In this document: positions 35,331-48,330 of the stretch, piece after piece | Layout of the letters: each line of letters opens with the position of its first letter | Position numbering within the stretch: the stretch's first letter is position 1 | NCBI GenBank assembly: GCA_024679065.1 | Contig: JAGIQG010000005.1 | Location: forward strand, 78,616,001-78,680,000 | Length of the DNA stretch: 64,000 nucleotides | Source: Sphyrna mokarran | Taxonomy: Eukaryota | Direction of reading: 5' to 3' | The notes under the pieces: generated by a model | Told to the model about the DNA's origin: nothing | Databases searched by the model: none | What the model saw: the letters and a program-made list of their open reading frames with translations, nothing else | Made by a program: the position numbers and the translations under genes

Positions 35331-37339
35331 ATTGATCATGATTGATCCGTATGGCATCCCACACAATCACTTGCTTGATGTATATTTTGGGATAATGTGC
35401 ATTATGGGATTATGTGCATTATAGAATCCATGTTTTCTTTCAGTTTGGCTATTGAAGCATTAAAGAACAGTTGTGATATTGAACATCTCCTGTATGTACA
35501 TGTGTACTGACTGATTTTGAGGTGTATCAGAAACAAAAATGTAACAACTAGGAATTCAAAAAATCCATGGCACAATTTGGTAGTTGTCACCTGATGTCTG
35601 AAACTTAATCAAATTTTGTGGTAATCTCTAGAATGTAGAATTTTTCCTAACAAAGAAGTTCTGATGCCAGCTGAATGCTTTGAAGGTAATTAAATGATAA
35701 TAAATGATTGGAAGTTACATTACTTAAACATACTGATGTCAACTGATAACTAATGATGTCAATTGATCATTATTTGAGATGTCGAACATTTGGGTCAAAT
35801 GATAATTTTTGAGCAGGGATGATGCCAAATAATGGCTAAGTGGTTGCTTTTGAGAGTACATCTATCACAAAAGAGCACCGATGCATGCTGTTAAATGCAA
35901 ATTAAGTTAAAATTTACTATAGTCATAACTCTATTGTTTTCCTCATATATCTTCATGAAAAATCTTAAGTGCTTATTAAACATAAGAAGAATTATTCTAA
36001 AAAAAGACAAAGGCCATACATAGTAGTTTACAGTACTGATGCTGTATGCATCAGTACTGTACTGATGAGATCCATCCAACTGACGGTATTATTAAATGCT
36101 ACTACATTATAGTACTGTGTACTATTAAAATACTCCTTTAACCAATAACATTGCAGAACCAGAAACCAGCACTCTTTCAATTGTTCATACTACAAAACCA
36201 AAATCATAAAACCTTTCTGCTTTGAGGAGCCAGGAAGTGAGTTACAGTCTGCAGAATTCCTAGCTTCTGACCTGCTTTTGTTTCACTTGTTTTTGATTTC
36301 GCTGGACAAAGATACTCAGTGAGCTGAAGATCCAAAAGGCTGAAGGTCCATGTATGGGTCACATCACTAAAGGATTTCCTAATTGATCATTGTTTCTTAT
36401 AAATTACTGCAATATGTATGAACTGGTGCTCCAGAAGTGATGAAAGTTCCTCGAACAGCAATACTTTCTACTTCCTTACAGAGGTTCGTAATTATATAGC
36501 ATTGACACTACGTTTCAAAGCAAAACAGCAATCAGTCACGTCATTGTGAATCGGTTGATGCATACTTCACTTTCCAATTGTACTGTTCAGTCTCGCTGGA
36601 AAACTTGCTATGACTAATCAGGTATCTTCATCATAAAATGGTATCTTGGGCAAGATGTTGGCCCCATAATAAAAAAACACCTTCCAACTCTCAGCAGTAG
36701 TTGTTTCAGTGATGTGGACCAAAGTACTTAGTCACAAAAAGTACTAAAAGCTGATCTAAGCAATGGGATGAGATGTGATAAAATCATGAAGGATCTTTGT
36801 CAAAGATTTAATCTGGTATTAGCATCTTTAATTCTGATATGGAACACAAGTTAAAAATCAATTCAATTTGTGGAAATCATGTTCCATTATAACCAGTTAA
36901 CATTGTTACAAAATCATCCATTCATTCAGAATGGTACTTGAAGGAACTACTTGCTTCCTTCTCCACACACAGCATACTTGGTCTTCATGTCCTAAGTGAC
37001 ACATCCAAAGTTTAGGAAAGAGAGAGAGAGAAAGGAAGCAGTTGTGCAAGTGGCAATAAGAGAAAAGTAATATGTAATCAGAGGAAAAGGCAGAAATAAG
37101 AATAAAAAGGGAAGAGAGAAGAAAAATGGTGCAGAATCCTAGGGAAGAAAAGGGAAAAATAAGAAGCAAAGGGGAAAATAAAGAAAGAGAAAAGTTTTAA
37201 AAAGGAACGATCCAAACAGCAATAAATATGGCTTCCCTGACTACCTTCTCCTCCAACATCCCTGCCTTCTTGTCACCACTTTTAAAGTTTAATCATTTCT
37301 TCCCCTAGCACTGGAAGAGGAATCACATCCAGCAACAAT

Positions 37340-37560
37340 AAATGCACAGCCTGCAGCCTGACACACTAAGGCCAACATTAAACATACAGACTTATACACC
37401 AGGGCTGACATTAAACATGCAGACTGACATACAAGAACATTATTAAATGTGCAGACTGACACACTAGAGCCAATACTGAGCAGTCGCCATTGCACACTAG
37501 AGCTTGTATTGAACATGCAGTTGGAACACGAGAGCCAGCACTGAACAATCAACTGCATCA
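37340..37560 (+). repeat. Degenerate ~36-bp tandem repeat (actgacacactagagccaacattaaacatgcag-like), about 6 units
   Basis: Recurring gacacacta...acattaaacatgcagact units. Confidence 0.75.
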
Positions 37561-40028
37561 ATATCACCATTCTGTAAGTGAGAATTCAAAGAAAATGGCC
37601 ATCGGGGTACCACAAAGACTGCACAATGAAAAGTTCAAGAAAATTATCTCTGGTGCTGGAGAATTCCCTAAGAACTGGATAGAAGAAACAGAAATATGTC
37701 ATGGAGGTAATTCGAGGAACTCGCAGCCAAGGAATAAGATTTGCATCTTGCATATTTATATTGACGTATCTTTTTCTATGTCTGTTCTTCTGAACAGTAA
37801 GAATAAGAGCAGGTGACATTGGGGGCTCTCTAGAAACAATTCTGTATTGCAGCCTGGCAAGCAAAGTGCAAGAAATAGGGAGAAAGCTAAGAATAGCAGT
37901 TGGACTTAAATGTGGCTGCGAAGAGTGGTGTGAGCAATGTGAAGAGGCTGTGCCAGGGGAGCAGCTACAGTAGGTGGTATTGGGGCAGGAATTGTCAAAC
38001 TCAGTAGTTTGTGCCCAATGCCATACAAATCTTGAATGGCCTGATCCACCAGGGACATTCACCATCATACTTGGAAGCAGTGGCCTGGGCAACCGATAAG
38101 ATGTAGCAAAATCAAAAATTGAAGGTGTAATGGAGAAAATGATTTCATTTGAAGAGGAACAGTTTTGCGGATTTCAATTGTCCCATTTTATCTTTTATGT
38201 TCCTGCCCTATTTCCACATATGTACTGGCCCCAATTTTTAGAACTTATTAATGAAATTGACTCACTAGGTATCATAATGGACTGGACTTCACTTTACCTA
38301 CCTTTTAATGATCTCAAATTTAAAAAAAAATTGCAACATCTGTCTTGTGCCCTGAGAGTTACATAAGGATCATATTGTGTAATGTCAGCTTGCAGGCACA
38401 ATACAGGAAACCCATATCATAGCACCACCTGCAGGCATAATATTTATTACATATGAATGTAGATATTATACTGTACAACTCATTGACAAACGCTGATGTA
38501 TGGGTTTCAATACATTTTGAAATGGAATGTAGCAATCCATCAATTGATTTTAATGTAAAATGCATCATGCATATATCTTTTCATTTATTCCTTCATTGGA
38601 TGTGATCAAGGCCAGTGTTTGTCGCCCATTTCTAATTGCCTTTGATTTGGATGGCTTGCTAGGCCATTTTAGAGAGCAATTCTGGAGTCACATGTAGGCC
38701 AGACCAGACCAGGCCAGGTGAGGATAGCAGATAACTTTTCCACATTCATGAACTGGATCTAACAATCAACAACAGTTTCATGAGACTGGCTTCTTAATTC
38801 TAGAAAATCAATTGAATTTAAATTTGAGCTTCTGTTCCAGCATCATTAACCTGGGCCTCTGATTTGTTTACATCACCAGCTCTTGATAAAGAGTAACTTC
38901 AAAACTAACTCCTTTTCAAATTTCTGGCTATTTTAATTACAATTTGCTCAATTGTGTTTAATGCAGGCCAATATTAAAGAAAATACTTTAAATAATGTGT
39001 AGCTGCCCGCAGACGTCAAACATCATAATCAATATGTGGCAGTGGAATTCAGCAGGAATCAATAAATGTGAACTGAAAGGAATTCACCTAACAACCTAAT
39101 TGTTATTTTGAGCAACAAACTCAGGTAACACGAATATTCTCTGCATTAACATCCAGTTGCTGCTTCATATAAAAACATGCTGAAATATATAGGAACTGTG
39201 GGAGTTATAAAATCTATTTTTCTGCAAGTTTATCAGAAACTCAGAATTTATTAAATTAGCTTTGTAGAAACATGACCAAAAAGACCACAACCTTATTGGC
39301 AACAAACATGTTATTTTTAGACTGGATACAGTGATTGCATTCATTTTATAGACGCCACATGTATGTTGCAATAAGCATCTAAAACAGCCAAGGATTAACT
39401 GCATAAATATGAGCTAAAGTAAAGGGACAGGAAGAATTTTTAAAAATAGACACACTTAGAATGTACTATCTGCAATTCCTTGCAAGGTCAGAAGAAATTT
39501 AACGATCTGCTCCCCATGAGATTTGATTGCAGTCACCTGGTATGTGTTGCACTCCTTTATTTATGTTCTAGGATTGAATTTTGAACCACTGATTCTTTCC
39601 CCCGTCTGCTTCACCTACCATCTGGAAATGCATCTTTTCTCACCAAGTATGTGCAAGCCTCCCTAACTCAGGCCTGTCCACTTTAGCTTCATGCCCCTGT
39701 TGTGATTTTCATGCTAAACTGATTTAAAAAAAGACTTGCCCAAAAGCAAACATCAGCACTCAAATTGCATGGGGGTTCTCCTGGGTTTTCAACAGAGGAG
39801 ACTGGCAGTAGCCTCCAGGAAACAATGAGTTCAGCTATTTACATTGGTGAGATCTCTGGCCAGCGGCAATACTGCTGTGAAGTTTTCTGCTACTCAATGG
39901 AATTGACCAAAGTCCTGGTTCAAACAGAGATAGGCCAGTCCAATCTCTACAAGGCAAGTCCAATGAGTACACAAGAGTCAAAGGAAGGTGATGATACATC
40001 CCTTTTTTACAGTACTGGCTGCTGCATT

Positions 40029-40263
40029 TGAAATAACTCCACCAAGGCCTGTGTCTCTTCACCAATTTTCAAATTATTTACAATAGTTAGTAATACTTAC
40101 ACGGTACTTCCCAGTACAGAATATATACCTTGAGTGCGAGTAACCTGGACACTCCATGTTGTATACCTCAGCAGAGCTCCCGGATTGTACAGTATTAACT
40201 GTCCCAATCAGGGAGCTCATATTCTAACAGCTCCACCTCATGGACTTCACTAAAGTCATTACA
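40029..40263 (-). mobile_element. LTR-like remnant (TG...CA termini) with decayed internal sequence to its left
   Basis: The minus strand begins tgtaatgac and ends ggagttatttca; recognised by resemblance only. Confidence 0.4.
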
Positions 40264-40324
40264 ATCCCTAGTGACACTGAAATAAGAATTTCAATATTTT
40301 AGTCAGCTCCACACCAATTTCCAA

Positions 40325-40900
40325 CACAGAAGTAGAATACAAGAGCAGGGATGTACTTCTAAGGCCGTATAAAGTTCTGATCAAACCCCATTTGGACTAT
40401 TGAGAGCAATTTTGGACCCCCATATCTAAGGGGGAATGTGCTGGGCTTGGAAAGGGTCCAGAGGAGGTTCACAAGAATGATCCCTGGAATGAAGAGCTTG
40501 TTGTGTGAGGAATGATTGAGGATCCGGGTCTGTACTCATTGGAGTTTAGAAGGATGAAGGGAGATCATATTGAAACTTACAGCACACAGCGAGGACTGGA
40601 AAGAATGGATGTGGAGAGGACATTTCCACCAGTAGAAGAAACTAGAACCAGTGGACCCAATCTCAGGCTAAAGGACTGATCCTTTAAAACAGAGATGAGG
40701 AGGAATTTTTTTAGCCTGAGAGTGGTGAATCTGTGGAGGCCAGTCATTGAGTGTCTTTAAGATAGATAGGGAGTTGATTAATAAGGGGATCAGGTGGGAA
40801 AAGGCAAGAGAAGAGGGGTAAGAAAAATATCAGCCATGATTGAATATTGGAGCAGACTCAATGGGCTGAGTGGTCTAATTCTGCCCTATGTCTTATGGAA
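40325..40900 (+). mobile_element. CR1 LINE 3' ~570 bp (ORF2 C-terminus and 3'UTR)
   Basis: Translates EYKSRDVLLRPYKVLIKPHLDY*EQFWTP...ERVQRRFTRMIPGMK; ends cctatgtcttatgg. Confidence 0.9.
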
Positions 40901-42754
40901 CTAATGGTGCTGTAAATCCAGCTAGCAGAGTTTCTGGCCCACTGTGCTGCAAAGGCAGCACAACAGGATGGGGGAGTAGCTCCCCCAACCTTTTCTTTGG
41001 GGACTGGCTGTACTTTCAGCGGTGGTCACCATTCAATCCTGATACTACGGAGCTACTGGCCATTCGATTGGCTGGCAGCTCTCTAAGGCATTGCCATATA
41101 GGGCAGAAGATTCGCCCTTAGCCGATTAATATCCCATCAAATATTAAGTGGCTGCAGGGCAGCCAATATCAGCATGGATGCGATTCCTACCCATTATTCA
41201 TGTCATGGTGCGAAAAACGCCGTCATCTGAAAAATACTGCTCAATGTGATTTTTAAATGTACATAAGTCATGCAACAAAAGTATGACATAGAAGAATGTT
41301 ATATAATCAAATATAAATTTCACAATTAACATTTTATACTAACTTACTTCAGGTCTCAAGAAAATCTTTTATCTACACCCTTCAAAAAATCTCAACAGAT
41401 AAAGGGAAACGAACATTACTTTCATGCTAAGTTTTAGTGTTTTTTTTAATAATTAATCCCTGTCACATTACTGGATTGTGTCAGTTGAGGAATTTAATTA
41501 AACCGATGTGGGATTGTCAGTAAAATGAAGGCTACCTGATATTTCTGCTATGGAGTTATGTAAAGACTGATTCTTCTCAGTTGGTGTTGGGGTCCCTACA
41601 CCAACCCCAAACACCAAAGCTTAAAATAGCTTTGGAAATAGATTTTATATTATGTTATACAGAATTATAACGTTACAGCTCTTGATTTTAAGATGCTTAT
41701 ACATCAATTAAGCCACTCATTAAATATTGACCTCTCTGACTTCTTTGTCTGTCTCTCTCATAATGCTATTTTCTCTTGATCCTCCCTGCCTTGTTATCAT
41801 GTTATTTTTATTGTTTCAAGGCCATACATTATTATAGTGATTATCACCAGCCCTGAGACAAAATTTTCTTAAGTCATGTAGTTACGTGCTTATCATTGTT
41901 TACGAATAGCATGTTAAAAATTTCTTACACACCGATATTTCCAATATGTTAAATCATGTGAAATTGGGCACGGTAGCATCCATTTATTGCATTTCCAATG
42001 GATCAAAGTGCAAAAGTCACATCCTACGATACGCAAGAAAATTAATGCTGGCAATGTGCTGGGCACTGTATTTGTGAAGGAGTTTATACCCATGCACCTA
42101 ATGACAGCTGGAACTGTGCACAGTAAGCAGATCATGGCATAAATGGAAACAGTGCCATTTGTGAGCTCCACTCTCTAATCAGTACCTGGATTGAACGATA
42201 TGAAGCACTGAATTCCCTGCCCCCAGATGCTAAGGCAACTGGAGTAGAGACCTGCTGTGGGTTGTGGGATAGTGAGGGGTTGGGAGGTAGGCAGGAGGCA
42301 GTTGGAGAAGCCAGCCGGCATCACTCTTGCTGCTTGTATAAATGGCAGTAGGGTCAGGGCTTGTCAATTACCCATTGGATTCAAAGAGCCCTCCCATCAA
42401 TGGGGGAGTGTGAAGTCCAGCCCCTTTCTTAGCTAAACATGTGCATGAAGGACCCCTAACATTCAGCAGAGTGATTTAAAGAGATCATGAACCCACTTCC
42501 AGGTTAATGGGTGGATTATTTATTTTGGAAGCTTGTGTATTCAAAGTGTCTTTTATGCTTTCCTGCATTTGCCAAAAGATACATTAATCTCAAGGGATTG
42601 GTTTGGAATTACTTTATTGGTACCTTAGAGACTTGGGTAGAAATTAGTTGTTAACATTAATGGTATTGAGTATGATTTGTAGAATGCAGATTGGATATGC
42701 AAAACAGAATAAGTTGCTTTAAAAAAGGGAGTGGGGGCAGTGGGTGCCAAGTGA

Positions 42755-42960
42755 GTGGAGACAAGGATCCTCAGAAGGAGACTGTCTACAGACAGTGTCT
42801 TCAGGGAGCAATTCTCTTATCTAAATCTCAGTGACAACCAGGGTTTGAGATGTCATTGCTTCCTAAAGAGATCTTGGCTGAAAACTGTCATTTTTGTCAC
42901 CACAACTACAGCTTCAAATCAAGGTAAGGACCATAGTTTGTTCTGCCAAGATGACAGTGA
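42755..42960 (+). mobile_element. Harbinger (HARBI1-like) transposase N-terminal remnant within a larger decayed element (~42.0-43.1 kb)
   Basis: VFREQFSYLNLSDNQGLRC resembles the Harbinger transposase N-terminal VFR.R.S.L.LS..QCLRRLRF motif. Confidence 0.55.
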
Positions 42961-43407
42961 TTTCAGTGATGAATAGGAAAATTATGTTGTGTGACTGATG
43001 GGCAGGGGGAGGGAGGCAGCTAGGGGGGTGCAGCAGAGCTGCTGGGGGGCATGGATTTCCTATCTAACGTACACTCTATTTAATTGAAGATGTATTACAA
43101 AACTCCTGCATTTATTTAACACCATAGACAAAGAAATGTGTTCTAATACACTTTAAAGCTGTGACTATTGTGAAATTTCTTTAAAGTTCAATGTAATAAA
43201 AAGTTATGGGCGCTAGTAAAAGAAGGAGATTGTGGTTCACATTACCAAAATACCTGTCAAAAGGCCTGCATTCTAAGAAGGGTCATAAGAAAGAGAGAGA
43301 GGTGGAGAAGTAGAGGGAATTTAAAAATAATGCTCCCTGCAAAAGGTTCTGATGAAAGGCCACTGGGGGGAAATGTTAACTTTAGGCTGAATTTTCCTAG
43401 TCAAAGT

Positions 43408-43785
43408 ATAAAGACCAAAGAAAAATACAGCACAGAAACAGGCCCTTCAGCCCTCCAAGCCTGCATTGACCATGCTGTCTTCTGAACTAAAACCTCCTAT
43501 TCATGTGTCTGTCAAGACGCCCCTTAAAAATCACTATCGTACCTGCTTCCACTACCTCCCCCGGCAGTGAGTTCCAGGCACCCACTACTCTGTGTAAAAA
43601 CTTGCTTCACACTTCTTTAAACCTTGTCCCTCGCACCTTAAATCTGTGCCTCCTAGTAATTGACTCTTTCACCGTGGAAAAAAGCTTCTGACTATCCACT
43701 CTGTCCATGCCTCTTATAATGTTGTAGACTCCTGTCAGGTTGCCCTTCAACCTCCGTCATTCCAGTGAGAACAAACCAAGTTTGC
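43408..43785 (-). mobile_element. CR1 LINE 3' fragment
   Basis: aaagaaaaatacagcacagaaacaggcccttcagccc is the antisense CR1 3' end. Confidence 0.85.
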
Positions 43786-45269
43786 CTTTTAGAGATGGGC
43801 TGGGAGGTGGAAGCATGGTAATATGACAGGTAGAGATCAGAAGGTGCATCTTTCTGTTGACATGGTATATTATTAGCATACTTTTACAGCCTGGCAATAA
43901 ATTGCCCAATTAAGGACTACATCCCACCCATTAGGCATTTTTCTGTACTGGGGGGCTTACTACTACATGGTGAGACCTCTGAGTGATCTCTTGTGTCTCC
44001 CAGAAGGTTTCTTGATGGTCCATCAAGTGACCCCCCCACCCCTCATCAGCAGGATTGACCAACCCATATTCAAAGCACTGATGGAACACCCCAATCCACT
44101 TCCCCTGTCCTCTTAATCACAAGTGTCTGCCTATTTGGCACCACTTCCCTCAGCAAAAGCATTCTTCAAAGATAACATGGCAGTGAGGCACCCTCTGTTT
44201 GGTGAAACAGCTCAGCAATGGTTACTGCTGGTAATGGTTTTGCCCAGATTGTTGACCTGCCAATCCTATCAGAGGGTTCTTGGGCATGACAGCCATTTTC
44301 AACTGAACAGTGGCTGTAGCAGTGGCCTCATAAATGACCCCTGGTAAAATTCTGCACTTGGGACCTACAGCCCAGTTGAGTGAAGTCACCTCTTGCTTTT
44401 GGCCCCAGCAGCGAAATTTGCAGTCCTCTGTTTCTCACTCCCTTGTTGCTGCCTGGTCTGCTAAATATTTCTGGAATTTTCAGTTTTTCTTTCTATTTTA
44501 TTTTCTGTTTTTGCTTTCCTCTTCCAACAGCTTTTTGCTTGTTGCTGCAGGTGATGATGGAGGGGGGCAAGGAAAATTCATATGAGGAAGCCATTCATAA
44601 AGGAGATAAGAAGCATTTTATCTTTGTTGTCCAGAATAATTGTAAATTTATGAGTTATTTTGGCAGAAGACAATGAGACATAGCAGTCCAATAAACTTGC
44701 TTACCGATGCCACTCGGTCATGCTACAATACCACTAAAACATCACTTCATCAGAAATTATACGGATTTAAAATGTGTTAAATATTTGTTGATTGTGTACC
44801 AAAATGGAATATCTCCACTGATAGTGGAGCTGATAAAGGTACAGTGTGGCATTGACTATTTATGTCCAGGTTCAAACCTAGTCCATCCTGAATTATCTGA
44901 TCCCAGCTGAAGTACGAGTGAGAGTATTAGAATTAGCGTTAGTATCCCTGCAGTGGAGAAGAACAAAAATAATTGCCCAGATATCTCACTCATTATTGCT
45001 ATTTCATATTTAAAAAAGAACTATAAACTTTCAAGTCTAAACCTTGAGCTTAATAAATTTAGATCTTTATCGCCATTTTCTTTTGGAATTCTATAACCAT
45101 AAACACCACTGTGACATCCATTGCTTGTTTTCGTGTTCTGTCCCTTTATCATCTCCCTTATACCTTCAACTTTTTTATAATGTAATCACTCCTGCCATCC
45201 ATATCACAGGCATTTCTTTTATTCTAATCTCACTCTTCCCATTACCCGGCTCTGTATTCAATTAAAAGC

Positions 45270-45420
45270 TGTACATCACTTGCGTCTTTCAGTTTGGATG
45301 AAAGGTCAGCATTCTCAAGCAATAATTGTTTCTTCCCCATTGATGCTGCCTGATCTGCTGATCACTCGCAGCATTTTCTGTTTAAATTTCCTGTTTCTCA
45401 TTTCTGCGGTATTTTACTTT
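45270..45420 (+). mobile_element. Penelope-like element terminal fragment
   Basis: gatgaaaggtc...gatgctgcctgatctgctga...gcattttctgttt resembles the common elasmobranch Penelope terminal repeat. Confidence 0.5.
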
Positions 45421-46740
45421 TATCTACATGGACAGTGGATGTGGATAGAATTGAAATCAGTTATTTTGACCTTCAACGTGACACAACTCATCAGTGTTCA
45501 TCGTCTTGTTGTAAGGGTGAAGGACAAGTTCTCAGATGAACTCCCAAATACCTGCCATTGTCAATGGAATGGCCTCAGCATGATTCATTGCTTTGAGGAG
45601 AGAGTTACTGGTGGAGATATTTCATTTTATAATCATTTTCCCATGTCATTTTAAACTCAGTGGAAAAATGCCAGTGGATCTCTAAGGGAGGATTTGATCA
45701 AACATGAAAGATTCAGCTGGATGCAATTTGCATTGCTGGAAATAACATCAGTGTTTGAGGGGGGACTTGTAAAGTTTTGTGAGTCTTAACTCACTTGCGA
45801 AATACCTCAAGATGCATTGCTATGTTAAAGATGCAATATAAAAATGCAAGTCGTTGCTGTATTAAGTCTGCGCAAAAGCACATGAATGTTTCTACAGATA
45901 CAGAAATGGACCTAGCAATATAATCCATAACTTACTGGAGTTTTGGTGTTCCACGAAGTGGTATCTTGATTTCATATTATAGAAGAACATGTTTGTGGGA
46001 ATAGTTAAAAAAAACCCTTGTGGCTTCAAATAATTATCCAACGTGTTATGTTTGAATGGTGATCATATTTCTCTCCTCCCAAATATAGGCCTGGAATTAG
46101 GGCTTTTGACAGTGCACTGTCAATGTTCACTGTCATTACCTCTTTTAATCAGACCAAACCTCAGGATTTAACCTACAAGCAGATTAAGATAGAAACCTAA
46201 CATTCTAGCCTACATTCACTGCTCAGGCACAGACTGTGAGCTACAGGCTGATTGCAAATTCTAGGCTACAGACTCTTTGAAAAAGATTTTAAATCAGTAG
46301 TTGGGAACCAGACATGGCACAAATTCATTGGCAATTCCACCAAGCCAGGTGGGAGTTGCCAAAGACAGCACAGAGACTGCGCAGGGGAAGGGACAAATAA
46401 GATTATTTTTATTTTTTTCTATTGCCACTGGCCATGATTCTGCAGGAGCATCCCTCCCAAAGGATAGTCAAGAGCCACAGATGGGGCTTAGGGACCTTTA
46501 TCAGTTCATATTGGTCTTTTTTTTAAGTTAAATCTAAAACAGTGCTTTTTAGTGCCAATCATTTTTCTTTGGAAGATTTGGGGCTTTTTTTTAAGCAAAA
46601 GTTCTTCTGAACAGCAGTAATTCTGGCTTTACTTAATTTTCTTTTTTTAAACTTAAAGCCACAGCTCTTTACTCCACAAGATTATTTTCGTTTTTTTTTA
46701 AACTGCATCTGTCTTTTAGCTTCTTGAATGCACTATAACA

Positions 46741-46995
46741 GCTTGGGTCACTGTGTGTGCAGAGTTTGCACATTCTTCCTGTGTCCGCATTACTTTCTTC
46801 TGGGTGCTCCGGTTTCTTCCTACAGTTCAAAGATGTGCTGATTAGGTTGATTGGCCATACTAAATTGCCTTTAATGTCAGGGAGATTAACAGGTTAAATA
46901 TGGGGCGTCACAGGGAAAGAGTCTGAATGGGATTATCGTCAATGCAAACTCAATCGGCCGAATGGTCTCCTTCTGCACTGTAGAGATTATATGAT
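46741..46995 (+). mobile_element. HE1-type V-SINE, 5'-truncated
   Basis: gcttgggtcactgtgtgtgcagagtttgcacattc...ggccgaatggtctccttctgcactgtag. Confidence 0.85.
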
Positions 46996-47329
46996 AAAGC
47001 AAAAGATATTTATTGATACAGCAGCCTCATGGCTGTAGCTATCACCCAAAATGTCTCTGCCTAGGAGCTTCTCTCACCATGGGATGATTCCACTCTGAGT
47101 TCACATTCAAAGACCATGTGACTCTGTGTTGCCCTTTAAGGGAAAAATCACCACAACTACAAAAATAGTAATCCCTTCCTCCTAATTTGATTAATTCTGC
47201 TAGATAAAAGCATCACTTCAAGTCACTACAGCAAGCTCTACTATGTTAAAGGAAACAACAATGTAGAAAATTCCCAGGTTTATTCAAATTTAAAAAAATC
47301 TTTAAATGAAGTTCATTTGCAAAAATAAA

Positions 47330-48330
47330 AGGAGACTTTTTACAGGCTCATCATGCTGGTTGATTAACATGGTGAGCTGTTAAGATCGTGAGAGAGGCAA
47401 AAACCGGGTTCTGGCATGATTTCACACCTTTCGTGATATTACCAACTCCAGATTTCTGGCATGATCAGCCTTGTACTTAGGAAGGGCACAAGGCTGATTT
47501 AAATATTCAGTAGGTTATTTTAATATAATTAGTGAGTCTAGGGCAGATTCACCCATGATCACGTCTTAATGACCTCGCTGGTGAAGGTTATCACTGGCGA
47601 GAATCACGTATGGTCTCCATAAATGGGAATTGATGTAGTGGCCTCCCCAGTGGGTCTGGAGGTCATTGAGGTACTCAGATGGTTGGGGGTGAGGAGGCAA
47701 TGCCAACCGGTATTGCTGGCCTTGCACTCTGGCACTACCAGTTGATGCTACCCATTGGGCACTGGACAGTGCCAAGGGACAGGGCCCTGATAAGGATAGA
47801 ATCCAAGGGGAAGAGGTTGGGCCATAAAGGTTTCAGGCCCTAAGACAGGAGAAATTGCGTAATCAGGGGTCAGCCAGGGTTGCAATAGACTGGACCATGG
47901 GGAGGATTTTGTGATGTGATCAGCTGGTCCTGGGGGATCGACCAGGGCAGACATCGGCATGGCAGTCAGCCGGAGGTGATTTTGGGGCGATATCCGGGGA
48001 GATTGATAGACAATCAGTAATGGAAGCCAGCAATTGGAGGGGATGAGCAATATCTAGTGAAGTGGGGGCACTGACTGATCTCTCTGTTTTGCTCCACAGA
48101 ACAGAAAGATTTTTACAGGCATGATAACGCCCTTTGGTGTGTGTGGCTGGTTTTCCAGTGAGAATAGACTTTGTTCACTCTCTCTTCTGGTATGAATCCC
48201 ACCTGGCCTCTATTTTTGCACAAAGTGCTGTAAGATCAAGTCTGAAAGCTCACTGAAAAAATGGGTGCAATTCTCTCCCATTTTCACACTCATTCAGTGC
48301 TTAGAATGTTTTTGGAAAAATTGCACTAAA
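47330..48330. mobile_element. Non-autonomous Harbinger/MITE-like element
   Basis: Same interior motifs as the 22.0-22.7 kb element; spurious Pro-rich ORFs on the minus strand. Confidence 0.45.

Noticed and set aside
37490-38092. Longest track ORF (168 aa) and the opposite-strand ORF
   Set aside because: No splice context or recognisable domain; probably decayed retroelement sequence next to a tandem repeat.
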